64,000 bases of DNA, from positions 1 through 64,000 of IMG/VR virus record IMGVR_UViG_3300037264_000690. The stretch is one strand, 5' to 3'. This DNA comes from a virus. Every line of letters begins with the position of its first letter. The stretch's first letter is position 1. The notes beneath the pieces were generated by a model, which was not told where the DNA came from, did not search any database, and saw nothing but the letters and a program-made list of their open reading frames with translations. Positions 7,907 through 17,747 of this stretch are shown piece by piece. The translations under genes and the position numbers were made by a program.

Positions 7907-7915
7907 CGTCATTAT
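7888..7915 (+). promoter_or_regulatory. Class-A promoter-like motif
   Basis: TAAAA-N13-GCGTCATTAT. Confidence 0.7.
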
Positions 7916-8034
7916 TTAATGCACCACGCTATAGGAGCACATGCTCCTCAGTGCAAACACACACGGGATCGCTGTCTTCGGACGGCAATCGCTTTGATCG
8001 TGCGTCTGTTTTTATTTATCTTTCGGAGACTGAA

Positions 8035-8757
8035 ATGTCTGAGAATAGCGAGCATGATGTAGCCGTTACAACGCAGGCAGACAAGGCGATCCTGTCGCTG
8101 GAAGAAGCTATGCCGTATGCACATAAACAGGAGAAGGCGCTCAAGATTGCCAGGCGGCTGCTGTACAGCAACGACCTTCAGCGACAGGTTGAGCTGGAGG
8201 TTGTTGCCGAGGACGACAAGGTCATGGCTGACATGATCGAGAACAAGCTCGTTGAGTTGGAGATTGAACAGCAGCAGGGGCTGAAGCACGTGGTTCACAC
8301 CAATGATGATGTTGAGAAGCTGCCGCCTGGTTCGCGCGAGGCCGTCAAGCATTTCATCAATCAGCTTGGTGGCATTCCACAGGGTGGGCTATTCCAGGTG
8401 AAGCTTGATAGCGTTAACGGTATGGATACTGCTGTTGATACCATCATCGATAATGGTGCCTTGAACCTGGGTACCGTCGTCTGTAGTAAGCTCGCTTCGG
8501 ACAAGTCCGCCAGGATTGCTGCATCCGTTTGTTACATAGTCGAGCATGCTCATACGCTCAAGGAGAAAGGCAAGCTGACATCTGACGATAAGAAGATGTT
8601 GGAACGCATTGATGTCAGCATCAAGCGGACTTTTGGCATTGAGAAGGATTACAACTGCGCAGTTGCATTGTGTAAAGAGCTCCTCAAGCCAGAAAAGAAG
8701 AAGAAGGCTGTGGCTTGCAAACCGCAACTCAAGCCTCGCAAAAATGATCGATGGTGA
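8035..8757 (+). CDS. Hypothetical protein
   Basis: GGAG RBS before ATG 8035. Confidence 0.6.
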   Translation: MSENSEHDVAVTTQADKAILSLEEAMPYAHKQEKALKIARRLLYSNDLQRQVELEVVAEDDKVMADMIENKLVELEIEQQQGLKHVVHTNDDVEKLPPGSREAVKHFINQLGGIPQGGLFQVKLDSVNGMDTAVDTIIDNGALNLGTVVCSKLASDKSARIAASVCYIVEHAHTLKEKGKLTSDDKKMLERIDVSIKRTFGIEKDYNCAVALCKELLKPEKKKKAVACKPQLKPRKNDRW

Positions 8758-9416
8758 TAATCATGGCGGTGCCACGTCTAGTTGAGTTGGGGAAGCCACT
8801 GGTCATCGGCCGCAATTATCGCGTGCCGTGCATCAAGGTTGATGATGTGCAGTTGACCGGTGGCATGTACCGTAGCCTAAACTGCCTGGCATGGGTACCG
8901 GTCTGGCCACAGCTGCATAACGACGCCAACATTGGATTCCCCGAGGAGCATTACCATATTGACTGGCGTTTCGTCAGTGACGAGGACATCCGCTGTGTCA
9001 CTGTAACTGCATATGGAAGTCGATGCCGTATGATACCTGTCGACGACATGCTCGCCAGTGCCATCCTGTTGGTCATCATCAAGGACTCAGTTAAGTTTGG
9101 TCCTGTCGATAGGCCGCTACGTTGCCACCGCGATCGACTAACCTGGCCAGGCCATCATAGGTCTCCAGAGCGCTTGGAGCCAAGGTATCAACAAGCCAAG
9201 CTGAAGTGTGGCAAGTGTCCGCATTGGGGCTTTGACCTGTCAACGATCAAGCCAGATAAGGACGGTATCATCCAGTGCCCGGGGCATGGGTTGTGCTTCC
9301 GGGCTGATACCGGCCAAATCATCACACGAAAGGAAGTTGAACATGAACTTTATTCCAGAGCAACTGATGCTCCATCTGACGTCGATCGTCAGAGACAAGG
9401 ACGATCCGACTCCTGA
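8751..9416 (+). CDS. Protein with C-terminal Rieske [2Fe-2S]-like motif
   Basis: CPH-x17-CPGH then F...TG. Confidence 0.7.
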   Translation: MVIIMAVPRLVELGKPLVIGRNYRVPCIKVDDVQLTGGMYRSLNCLAWVPVWPQLHNDANIGFPEEHYHIDWRFVSDEDIRCVTVTAYGSRCRMIPVDDMLASAILLVIIKDSVKFGPVDRPLRCHRDRLTWPGHHRSPERLEPRYQQAKLKCGKCPHWGFDLSTIKPDKDGIIQCPGHGLCFRADTGQIITRKEVEHELYSRATDAPSDVDRQRQGRSDS

Positions 9417-9633
9417 ACGGTTCCACGTCACCAGCACGCGACCTGGTCGAGGTGTTGGGCCAAACCAGTTGAACGTGTCGTTCAACACCATCAATCCCTC
9501 CTACTCGATCAAAGAGGCCAAACAGCTGGCCGCGAAGATCTTAGGGGTCGACTACGACGCTATCCGTCTGGTAGACTATCTACAGCCATATGTCGATGAA
9601 GCGGAGCAGTCTGAACCATTAATTGCGAGGTGA
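9343..9633 (+). CDS. Hypothetical protein
   Basis: AAGGA RBS. Confidence 0.5.
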   Translation: MNFIPEQLMLHLTSIVRDKDDPTPERFHVTSTRPGRGVGPNQLNVSFNTINPSYSIKEAKQLAAKILGVDYDAIRLVDYLQPYVDEAEQSEPLIAR

Positions 9634-9635
9634 CT

Positions 9636-10050
9636 ATGGATCGTCGTTCGTTTCTCACTGCCACTCTCGGTGCTACGGCAGCCACTGCTGTGGAGACTAG
9701 TCAAGCCGTCGCCAAGATGCCTTGCTCTCCTATCGAACTGGACCTGCTGACCGTCTGCAAGCGTTGGTTTAGCGGCGAGTATACGGAATGGTGCGGCGCC
9801 GGAGCGTCTAGCCTTGTGTATCAGCACAGCCATTCACGATATCAGCAAGCACGCTCTCGACTGGTATGAGAACAACCAGCAGTTCCACGACTATGCCCTT
9901 TTCGTTGAGCCTGATATCTGGCTGCAGCAGACCGCCTATATGCTTGATATGTTCTGCTATTACCACGTTTTCTGGACCATCGATAAGAAGCGCGAGGAGC
10001 TGCTGGACGTGCTGCAGCAATTGGACGTCGACCGGAAGTGCGGCCAGTAA
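9636..10050 (+). pseudogene. Possibly frameshifted gene with twin-arginine-like signal (frames 9636-9869 and 9814-10050)
   Basis: MDRRSFL start; the second frame has no clear RBS or ATG. Confidence 0.4.
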
Positions 10051-10059
10051 TTTTCTACT
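10046..10059. promoter_or_regulatory. AGTA-N6-TACT box
   Basis: AGTA-ATTTTC-TACT directly before GGAG. Confidence 0.6.
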
Positions 10060-10072
10060 CGGAGAAAGCACT

Positions 10073-10303
10073 ATGTATCTTGATCAGTTGAACGACAAAG
10101 TCCAAGAAGTCTTGAAAGTCGTCAAGGCCGCCGGCGCCGACCCTTCGGAGACGCCGGTCATGATCGACACTGAGGAGGATGCTGACCTTGAAATCCGTGA
10201 CATCAAGGCCGAAGAGTTCCCCGATGACGTAGAGACCTACCGTCAGCACCTCCGCGCGGGCGGCAAACGCGAGTACACGGTCCACATCTCGGCGGGCGAT
10301 TAA
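10073..10303 (+). CDS. Small acidic hypothetical protein
   Basis: GGAG RBS. Confidence 0.6.
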   Translation: MYLDQLNDKVQEVLKVVKAAGADPSETPVMIDTEEDADLEIRDIKAEEFPDDVETYRQHLRAGGKREYTVHISAGD

Positions 10304-10320
10304 TTGTTCTCCCATTTTCC

Positions 10321-11097
10321 ATGAAAGGTAGCGCACGAATGAGACGTTGCACGCACATCACCCTGATTCTCGACAAGAGCGATTCGATGAAGAGCTGCCA
10401 CGGTGCAACCATCGAGATGGTCAACACGTTCATCAACGAACGGTGCAAGGACCCGGATGATTGTGTCATGAGCCTTGTTCAATTCAGCTCGCACAGCATG
10501 TATAGCAATTTGCTGACGCAGTCCTTTACTGACACTCCGATCAAGAAAGTTCCTCGTCTCGACTACAACAACTACCGTCTTAATGGTATGACGGCACTGT
10601 ATGATGCGATGGGTCGTACCATTGACGATGTTGGCAGCCGTCTTGCCAGCCTGTGTGATGATGATAGGCCAGACCGTGTGCTCGTCGTTGTTATGACTGA
10701 CGGGCGGGAGAATGACAGTAAGCATTTCAGCAAGCATCAGATCATCAACAAGGTCAGTCATCAGCGGGATAACTACCGCTGGGAGTTCATGTTCCTTGGT
10801 GCTGACATGGATAGCATGACGGCCGAACTCCAGGCTAAGGACATCGGCATCCACTCTCAGAACACGCTGAACTATTTGAAGGCTAGCACCAGACAGGCTG
10901 GTGAGGTCATGACTCAGTCCGTTGCTGCTTACGCCGGACCGCAAGGCGCAGCTGGACCGACAGGACCAAACGGTCCGGGCATCTTCGCTCTCGACCCAAT
11001 CACCAAGAAGATGTCTGATGCCCTTCGAGCTGAGGCCAACGATGCTACCAGCAACACTTCGAAGGGCGACAAACGTAAGCCACGAAGCAAGAAGTAA
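10321..11097 (+). CDS. von Willebrand factor A domain protein
   Basis: MIDAS motifs LDKSDSM, TALYDA, VMTDG. Confidence 0.85.
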   Translation: MKGSARMRRCTHITLILDKSDSMKSCHGATIEMVNTFINERCKDPDDCVMSLVQFSSHSMYSNLLTQSFTDTPIKKVPRLDYNNYRLNGMTALYDAMGRTIDDVGSRLASLCDDDRPDRVLVVVMTDGRENDSKHFSKHQIINKVSHQRDNYRWEFMFLGADMDSMTAELQAKDIGIHSQNTLNYLKASTRQAGEVMTQSVAAYAGPQGAAGPTGPNGPGIFALDPITKKMSDALRAEANDATSNTSKGDKRKPRSKK

Positions 11098-11157
11098 CGT
11101 CAGGACCGGCGGGTATAGCCCGCCGGTCCATCACTTAGCCCTGAAGGAGGGACAAAC

Positions 11158-11460
11158 ATGATTCGTCGTACGTTTCTTGCGAAGGTGATCTGCGCAACCG
11201 GTGCTCTTCTGACCGGTCTTGGTCTGACCTGGGCGACTACTCCGCTCAATCAGAGTGGCAGCATCACCCGGCTGTATCGTTGGGATGGCCGCCTTGACGC
11301 TCGACCGAGCGTCATTATCTGGTTCGACATGGTGCCGGGCGACATCGTGTCCCCGGACGGCAAGGAGTTCTGGCAGATTGAGGATCTGCCGCGCTTCTCT
11401 GACGGCGTCGAGAGCGTCAAGATCTCCAAGGAATGGGCCTGGCATCAGCTCGCTCGCTGA
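11158..11460 (+). CDS. Small protein with twin-arginine-like signal
   Basis: MIRRTFL + hydrophobic stretch; AGGAGG RBS. Confidence 0.6.
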   Translation: MIRRTFLAKVICATGALLTGLGLTWATTPLNQSGSITRLYRWDGRLDARPSVIIWFDMVPGDIVSPDGKEFWQIEDLPRFSDGVESVKISKEWAWHQLAR

Positions 11461-11527
11461 GGTCATCAAGAAGTGACATATAGCCGGCAGCGCCCGCCGG
11501 CTTTCTTTTACATAAAGGAGACAACAA

Positions 11528-11932
11528 ATGGGCTGGTGGAAGAGCCAAAATGGTGTCATCGGCGATCAACCTGCTGACATCATGGGCGGTGCCATGAAGG
11601 CCATCGAGCAGACTTATATGCGCGAGGCTGGGCGACTCCCCACCCAAGGTGAGCTTGCCGACTTGATTCAGTTCTGCTCCTGTGGCATCTTTGACGTCGC
11701 CTGCGGCGATGTTAAGTATGAGTTCAGCAGACAGAATCTTGGTCTGGACAGTACGCCTCGGCGCTGTCGTCGCGGTGCACAGGGCGCTAGCGGCGTGGCC
11801 AATCAGCCAAAGCCCGGTGAAATGGGTAACGTCGACCCCAGGTCCGGCGACCACTATGAGGCCGGTGAGCTCATGGAGGTGTTAGCCACAGAAGTCAAAG
11901 CGGCGATTGAAGGGCCTGCCGATGAGTCTTGA
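11528..11932 (+). CDS. Hypothetical protein
   Basis: AAGGAG RBS; MGWW start. Confidence 0.65.
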   Translation: MGWWKSQNGVIGDQPADIMGGAMKAIEQTYMREAGRLPTQGELADLIQFCSCGIFDVACGDVKYEFSRQNLGLDSTPRRCRRGAQGASGVANQPKPGEMGNVDPRSGDHYEAGELMEVLATEVKAAIEGPADES

Positions 11933-12140
11933 TAACCACTATCCGAAACGCAAGGATCGTCGCAAGCCGTACTATCGAAGCAAACGTTTCGATCGAACCT
12001 GTCGGTCTGGTGGCTCCTGCCCCTACTGTCTTGGTAATCGTCTACGTAACAGTCATAGACGCATGATGACTGCTAATCAGCAAATTGAGGACTTCCTCAA
12101 TGAGAGTCCAACCCAACACTGGCCTGATCTCTTTGTGTGA
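11922..12140 (+). CDS. Small basic Cys-containing phage protein
   Basis: RKPYY.SK.FD.TCR.GGSCPYC.GNR. Confidence 0.6.
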   Translation: MSLDNHYPKRKDRRKPYYRSKRFDRTCRSGGSCPYCLGNRLRNSHRRMMTANQQIEDFLNESPTQHWPDLFV

Positions 12141-12266
12141 TCAATAGGCTAGAGAACGCTTCTGACACCAGGGATTTAACATGATCCTGATCATGGAGCA
12201 GCTGCTCAACGATCAGCGCGGTCATTGGATGTTGTAGATGCATCACTGAACCTTTTGGAGATTGTC

Positions 12267-13313
12267 ATGCACCAGAGTTCCTATGACTTGATGACCAACT
12301 TCAGCAAGACTTGGGCCAGGCCAGGTATGACCGTGCTGGATGTTGGTGCTTATGACGTCAACGGCACCTACAGAAAGCTGTTCCCGGGCTGCATCTACAC
12401 CGGTATCGACCTGGCGGCTGGTCCGAACGTGGATCAAGTCGTTCAGCCGTATAACTACCCATTCCCGGACAACCACTTCGACATTGTGATCAGTGGCCAG
12501 GCCCTGGAGCACTCACCGCATCCGTGGAAGATGGTCACGGAGATGGCTCGCGTGCTGCGGCCCGGCGGCGTTCTGTGTCTCATCGCTCCCTGGACCTGGG
12601 CGATCCATCGACACCCGTTGGACTGCTTCCGCATCTTGCCTGACGGCATGCTTAGCATGTTGGTTGATGCGCAGGTGTCACCGTTGCAGTGTTTCTCGAA
12701 TGAGACTGACACCTACGCGGTCGCTGTGAAACCTGCGGCACATCACTACGACGCCTTGGCGCTCAAGTATCAGCAGGTTTGCAAAACGCCAGGTGACATC
12801 GTCGAACACTTGCCCACGCTGCGCACCTACGCCACTCGTTGTCAGCACATCACTGAGATGGGCACGCGATATGGAAACTCGACCGTCGCCTTCTTGGCTG
12901 CACAACCACTGGATCTGGTCTGTTATGACATTTCCGAGATCTCAGTGCAGACCATTGCACAGTTGCGGACGTTGATCGGCCGCACCAGGTTGACTTTCCA
13001 TCAGAAGAATGTGCTCGAAGTTGAGATTGAACCCACCGATCTACTCTTCATCGACACGTACCACATCTACTCACAACTTCAGCAGGAGCTGCGGCTGCAC
13101 GCGAGCAAGGCCAAGAAGTGGATCATCCTGCATGACACCGAGTCGTTCGGTGTGGATGGTGAGCCACTGCCCGGTCATGCACCAGTCCCTGGACAGGGCA
13201 GCATGAAAGCTGTCGATGAGTTCCTCGCTGAGCATCAGGGCATCTGGTCTGTCGAGTACCGGACTCCCAACTGCAACGGCTTGATGGTGCTGCAGCGTAC
13301 CCAAGGAGCATGA
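12267..13313 (+). CDS. Tandem two-domain SAM methyltransferase
   Basis: VLDVG..DVNG, SGQALEH, LRPGG; second domain EMGTR.G.ST, DLLFIDT.H, ILHDT. Confidence 0.85.
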   Translation: MHQSSYDLMTNFSKTWARPGMTVLDVGAYDVNGTYRKLFPGCIYTGIDLAAGPNVDQVVQPYNYPFPDNHFDIVISGQALEHSPHPWKMVTEMARVLRPGGVLCLIAPWTWAIHRHPLDCFRILPDGMLSMLVDAQVSPLQCFSNETDTYAVAVKPAAHHYDALALKYQQVCKTPGDIVEHLPTLRTYATRCQHITEMGTRYGNSTVAFLAAQPLDLVCYDISEISVQTIAQLRTLIGRTRLTFHQKNVLEVEIEPTDLLFIDTYHIYSQLQQELRLHASKAKKWIILHDTESFGVDGEPLPGHAPVPGQGSMKAVDEFLAEHQGIWSVEYRTPNCNGLMVLQRTQGA

Positions 13314-13314
13314 C

Positions 13315-13974
13315 ATGATCGCCGTCCTGTTGCACCTGTACTATCAAGAGCTCTGGCCTTATTTCAAGGCACATCTCGACAACATCCATCACCCGTTTGA
13401 CTTGTACGTCAACCTCACTGACGACAAGCCAGACGATAACCGGCGCACCACAACTGCCATCGTGGATGCCTTCCCTACGGCCACGGTGCTTATCTCGCCC
13501 AACCTGCATCGTGACATTGGCGGCTTCCTGGCTATGTTGAACCACATCTTCAACTCAAGGAAGACCTACGAGTCAGTGCTGTTCTTGCACAGCAAGATGC
13601 ACACCGACGAGTGGCGGGCTGAGTTGGTTCAGGCGTTGCTTGCCGATCCAGCCCATGTCGATTACATCATCGAGACATTCAAGCAGTTGCCGAATGTTGG
13701 CATGGTCGGTTGCAAGAAGTGGCTGTACGACGACGGCCTGGAAGGTGGTTTTGGCCCAACACAGGCTCACTACCTCAACTGCTTCGATCTCCGCTTCACC
13801 TCGGGAAAGTTCATTGCTGGCACGATGTTCTGGGCCAGGTGGTTGTTGTTTGCTAACACCTTTGGCAAGCGTCGCATCACTTGTGCTGACATGACACCGG
13901 ACGGCCCGTGGGTGATGGAGCGGGTGTTCGGAAACCTGGTGCAAAGTCAGAACTACGACATCCTGGGGATTTGA
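13315..13974 (+). CDS. RgpF-like (rhamnan synthesis) glycosyltransferase-related protein
   Basis: AVLLHLYY, N..RDIGGF, LHSK, FIAGTMFWAR, ERVFG. Confidence 0.75.
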   Translation: MIAVLLHLYYQELWPYFKAHLDNIHHPFDLYVNLTDDKPDDNRRTTTAIVDAFPTATVLISPNLHRDIGGFLAMLNHIFNSRKTYESVLFLHSKMHTDEWRAELVQALLADPAHVDYIIETFKQLPNVGMVGCKKWLYDDGLEGGFGPTQAHYLNCFDLRFTSGKFIAGTMFWARWLLFANTFGKRRITCADMTPDGPWVMERVFGNLVQSQNYDILGI

Positions 13975-13976
13975 AC

Positions 13977-14633
13977 GTGACCACGCAAATGAATCAGGCG
14001 CATCCTTTCGTCATCACCTATGACACAGAGAAGTACGACTTCAGGAAGATCGTGCGCACCATGCTAGGCACGCATGACCTGACTCAGTTGCATAAGCAGA
14101 AGAACTACGCGGTGCTTGATCGTGAACACGATCAGTCCACGCACTGGCACCGCCTTTATTACGACCACTTTGGTCAGTTCAGCCCGCTCTATCTTCAGCT
14201 GCTTGAAGAATACGTCATGCCTCTCTTTGATCTGAAGAAGGGCACCCTGGTCTATCAGGTCATCCCCACGTTTCGGGCACAGCTAGTTGGCAATCTCAGT
14301 GTGGGCGAGTGGCACAAGGATCGGGCCTACAACCATGACGATGCTGAGATCAATTTCTGGATGCCGTTCACGGATACCTACGACACCAACACCCTCTGGC
14401 TTGAATCAGAGGAAGACAGGGGCGACTTCAAGCCGTATCCGGTCGAGTATGGCCAAATCCTTGTGTTTCGCGGTGCTGTGCTCACGCATGGCAACGAGAT
14501 CAACGAAACGCCAGATAGTCGAGTCAGTGTGGATTTTCGATTGCTGAAGCTGAGTGACTTCCACCCAACTGACAAGACTTCGATCAACACCGGCAGCAAG
14601 TTCTCTCTCGGCGGTTACTTCTCCTTGATGTGA
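13977..14633 (+). CDS. 2OG-Fe(II) oxygenase-like (StrG-like) protein
   Basis: YQVIPTFR, WHKD, HGN..NET..SRVSVDFR. Confidence 0.75.
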   Translation: MTTQMNQAHPFVITYDTEKYDFRKIVRTMLGTHDLTQLHKQKNYAVLDREHDQSTHWHRLYYDHFGQFSPLYLQLLEEYVMPLFDLKKGTLVYQVIPTFRAQLVGNLSVGEWHKDRAYNHDDAEINFWMPFTDTYDTNTLWLESEEDRGDFKPYPVEYGQILVFRGAVLTHGNEINETPDSRVSVDFRLLKLSDFHPTDKTSINTGSKFSLGGYFSLM

Positions 14634-14642
14634 GGATCTGAC

Positions 14643-14864
14643 ATGGTCGGATTTGAACTGCTCCTGGGCCATCTGGTCGGTGACTATATCGTTCAGAATG
14701 ATTGGATGGCCCTCAACAAAACTCATACATGGCCTAAGCAACAGTCTTGGGCCTGCTCTCCGGAGTATCAAGCATGGATCGGGAACGAGGATCATGGCGT
14801 CTGGGACAGTGGACGCCTGCGCTACCTGTCGAAGTGGGGTCACATGTTGCCTCGGCATGTGTGA
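14643..14864 (+). pseudogene. Chimeric ORF: 36 codons of the 17748 membrane gene fused in frame to a foreign C-terminus
   Basis: 14643-14751 is homologous to 17748-17856 (last 34 nt identical). Confidence 0.8.
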
Positions 14865-14874
14865 GGGCGTAGTT

Positions 14875-16251
14875 ATGAATCTCAAAGTGCTCATCCTGTT
14901 GCCGTATTACAACCGCCCGAACATGGTGAAGTATGCGCTGACGAGCATCGTGCGAGCCGATAAGTTCCACGACAACTGGGTGTTGGCCTTCGTCGACGAC
15001 GGCAGTGCTCTGCCTGGTCGCCAGATTGTTGAAGAGGTCTGTGCTCCAGTCCTTGACAAGGTGCGGTTCTATCAAACCGGTGACAGCACTGAGGACAAAG
15101 CCAGGAACCGTGAGAGTCGCTACGGTCAGTTCCTCAATCAGGCAATCGTGGACAACCCGGCGGATGTTGTCATCCTCCTGTGTGATGACGATGCCCTGAT
15201 CGATGAGTACCTGGCCAATCTGAACCTCTGGTTCAACAACAACCCAGATCACGAGCACTGCTACTCTCACGTCTGGCCATACGATCCACTGGTGAAGGCA
15301 CCATGGGTGACGCCGTTCAGCTACCACAGCTTGAATCGTTTCACCAAACCGACGATCTGTGGCTGTCTGTTGGACGCCTCACAGGTCGCCTGGCGCTATT
15401 CCATCCACAACAAGCATGGCATCTGGTTCCCAGAGTTGCAGACTCGCGACCTGGATGCCTATCTGTACAAACAGATCGACAAGGCACTCGGGCCAGCAAC
15501 CTTCACCGGTCACTTCGGTCAATACAAGGGTTGGCATGACCTCCAACTCGGTAAGCGGAGCACGGACCAGCACGACAACTGGGAGAAAGCTATCGACATC
15601 GCAACTCAGCCTATCTCCGCGACAACAGAACCACCGAACAGTGAAAAGTACGGTGAAACTGGTGATAGATACGTGGAGTGGTGCAATGTCATCCGCGAAG
15701 CTGTTGGCATTGATTTCAATGAGTCAATGGTGCTTTTGGACTATGGCTGTGGCAACGGATGCTTCTGCAATTACGTCAGCCGTCACCTAGCCAGGTTCAA
15801 GTATTATGGCGTTGAGTACCCATCTCCATGGGGTGCCAACAGCATCGCTGCTGCGAACAAGCACTATGGGCATGACAGTCGCGTTTGTTTTGGTCTCATC
15901 AATGAGCCAGTTGAGCAAGCTGCGCTGCAAGCAGCCAACGTCGTCTTCCTCGGCAGCATCTTTACTCACCTGACCTACGACGACTTCGTGCTGATCATGA
16001 GTAAATTCCGACCCATGATGCAGCGAGGTGGTACATGTGTCTTCTCTGTGTTCCTTGCTGATGAACCGTGGCTCGACGGTGCTGGCGGCGCATACGATAA
16101 TCCAAACTGCTACCCACGCTCTTTCCTTAGTCATAAACAGCTCCAGCTCTACAGTGCTGAGCATGGTGTTGAACTGAAAGAGTGCGGGGTCTTCATGGCT
16201 CGGGGAACGAACAAGCACATCATCATTCGAGCAACCATCAAGGAGCAGTGA
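14875..16251 (+). CDS. GT2 glycosyltransferase fused to a SAM methyltransferase
   Basis: LLPYYNRP, VDDGS, LCDDD; C-terminal LLDYGCGNG, SIFTHL. Confidence 0.8.
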   Translation: MNLKVLILLPYYNRPNMVKYALTSIVRADKFHDNWVLAFVDDGSALPGRQIVEEVCAPVLDKVRFYQTGDSTEDKARNRESRYGQFLNQAIVDNPADVVILLCDDDALIDEYLANLNLWFNNNPDHEHCYSHVWPYDPLVKAPWVTPFSYHSLNRFTKPTICGCLLDASQVAWRYSIHNKHGIWFPELQTRDLDAYLYKQIDKALGPATFTGHFGQYKGWHDLQLGKRSTDQHDNWEKAIDIATQPISATTEPPNSEKYGETGDRYVEWCNVIREAVGIDFNESMVLLDYGCGNGCFCNYVSRHLARFKYYGVEYPSPWGANSIAAANKHYGHDSRVCFGLINEPVEQAALQAANVVFLGSIFTHLTYDDFVLIMSKFRPMMQRGGTCVFSVFLADEPWLDGAGGAYDNPNCYPRSFLSHKQLQLYSAEHGVELKECGVFMARGTNKHIIIRATIKEQ

Positions 16252-16688
16252 TGAATGCTGAGACCCTCAAGTTTCACGAGATTCGCAACGGAGCCGATTT
16301 GGAGACCCTACGGCTCATTCGCAACGACTGCCGCCTCTTCATGACCGGCCATACGGCTGAGATCAACAAGGCGGAGCAGATGCAGTGGTGGATTGACCTT
16401 GACCGTGACAAGTACAAGGTCTTCCTGGTCACCTTGAGTGACTCCTGTGTCGGGTATGGCGTCATTTGTTATCGAGAAGGAGGAGGCTGGCTGACTGGTG
16501 GGTTGATCGATGGTTTCCGCGACAAGGGCCTCGGTCGTCCGCTATTCGAGGGATTGATTGAACGGTCGGCATTGCCCTGCTGGCTAGATGTGCAAGTCGC
16601 CAACCCAAGAGCCAAGCGGCTCTATGACAAGTTGGGCTTCGAGGAAGTGTATCGCACTGATACTGTCATCACCATGAGGAAGCCATGA
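16251..16688 (+). CDS. GNAT acetyltransferase
   Basis: FRDKGLGR, N.RA..LY.KLGF. Confidence 0.85.
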   Translation: MNAETLKFHEIRNGADLETLRLIRNDCRLFMTGHTAEINKAEQMQWWIDLDRDKYKVFLVTLSDSCVGYGVICYREGGGWLTGGLIDGFRDKGLGRPLFEGLIERSALPCWLDVQVANPRAKRLYDKLGFEEVYRTDTVITMRKP

Positions 16689-17746
16689 TCCCACTGTTCA
16701 AAGTGCTGATGTCCAAGGACGCTGGCGAAGCTCTGCTCAAGACCCTCTACAGCGGCTACATCGGCCAAGGACCAAAAGTCGACGAGTTCGAGAAGGCGTT
16801 CGCCAAGGCAGTGGACGCCCCAGACTTTCGACTGCTGACCACTAACGCCTGCACGTCGGCTATCGACCTGGCCTTGCACCTCTGCGGTGTGAAGCCGGGA
16901 GACGAGGTCGTCGTGTCACCGATGACTTGCTCGGCAACCATCACGCCCATCATCAACCGCCACGCCATCCCGGTGTGGGCGGACGTCGATCCAGACACCG
17001 GCAACATCGATCCACTGGACGCTCACCGCAAGGCCACCTCGAAGACCAAAGCCGTCGTCGCGGTCAACTGGGGCGGTCGCCTGTGCGACTACGCCTCCTT
17101 GCATGAGATCGGCCTGCCGGTTATCGAGGATGCCGCTCACAACCTCAGCCCGCATTATGGCGGCGATTACGTCTGCTGGAGCTTCCAGGCCATCAAGTTC
17201 CTCACCACCGGCGACGGCGGCGCCATCCTGGTGCCAGAACACCAGGCCGAGCGTGCCCGCCTGCTACGCTGGTATGGCCTCGACCGCCGCTCCGGTGAAT
17301 CCTTCCGCTGCTCGCAGAACATCCAGGAGGCCGGCTACAAGTATCACATGAACGACTTGGCGGCTACCCTGGGCTTGTGCAACCTTCCCGAGGCCCTGGA
17401 GGCGTCGAAGAAGGCCCAGCAGAATGCCCTCTACTACGAGGAGCACCTGAAGAGCAGCGATGAGTTCACCAAGATGCCAGTGGGCTACCCCAACGACGTC
17501 TGGCTGTACACGATCCTGGCGAAGGATCGGATCGGCTTCGGACAAGTCCTCAAGGATCGTGGCGTGGCATCGTCACCCGTTCACACACGCTGCGATCGTC
17601 ATCCGGCGTTTATGCGTGCGGCAGGTAAGGAGTATCGCTTGCCTGGTCTCGACCACTTTGCCTCTCGTAACCTAGCCATCCCGGTCGGCTGGTGGTTGAG
17701 TGAAGCTGATCGGGATTGTGTTGTTCAAGTTCTCAACGAGGCGTAA
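16685..17746 (+). CDS. DegT/DnrJ/EryC1/StrS sugar aminotransferase
   Basis: IEDAAH, SFQAIKFLTTGDGG, GYKYHMND. Confidence 0.9.
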   Translation: MIPLFKVLMSKDAGEALLKTLYSGYIGQGPKVDEFEKAFAKAVDAPDFRLLTTNACTSAIDLALHLCGVKPGDEVVVSPMTCSATITPIINRHAIPVWADVDPDTGNIDPLDAHRKATSKTKAVVAVNWGGRLCDYASLHEIGLPVIEDAAHNLSPHYGGDYVCWSFQAIKFLTTGDGGAILVPEHQAERARLLRWYGLDRRSGESFRCSQNIQEAGYKYHMNDLAATLGLCNLPEALEASKKAQQNALYYEEHLKSSDEFTKMPVGYPNDVWLYTILAKDRIGFGQVLKDRGVASSPVHTRCDRHPAFMRAAGKEYRLPGLDHFASRNLAIPVGWWLSEADRDCVVQVLNEA

Positions 17747-17747
17747 C

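Noticed and set aside
10934-10980. Collagen-like domain (GPQGAAGPTGPNGPG)
   Set aside because: Only five triplets, too short for a collagen fibre
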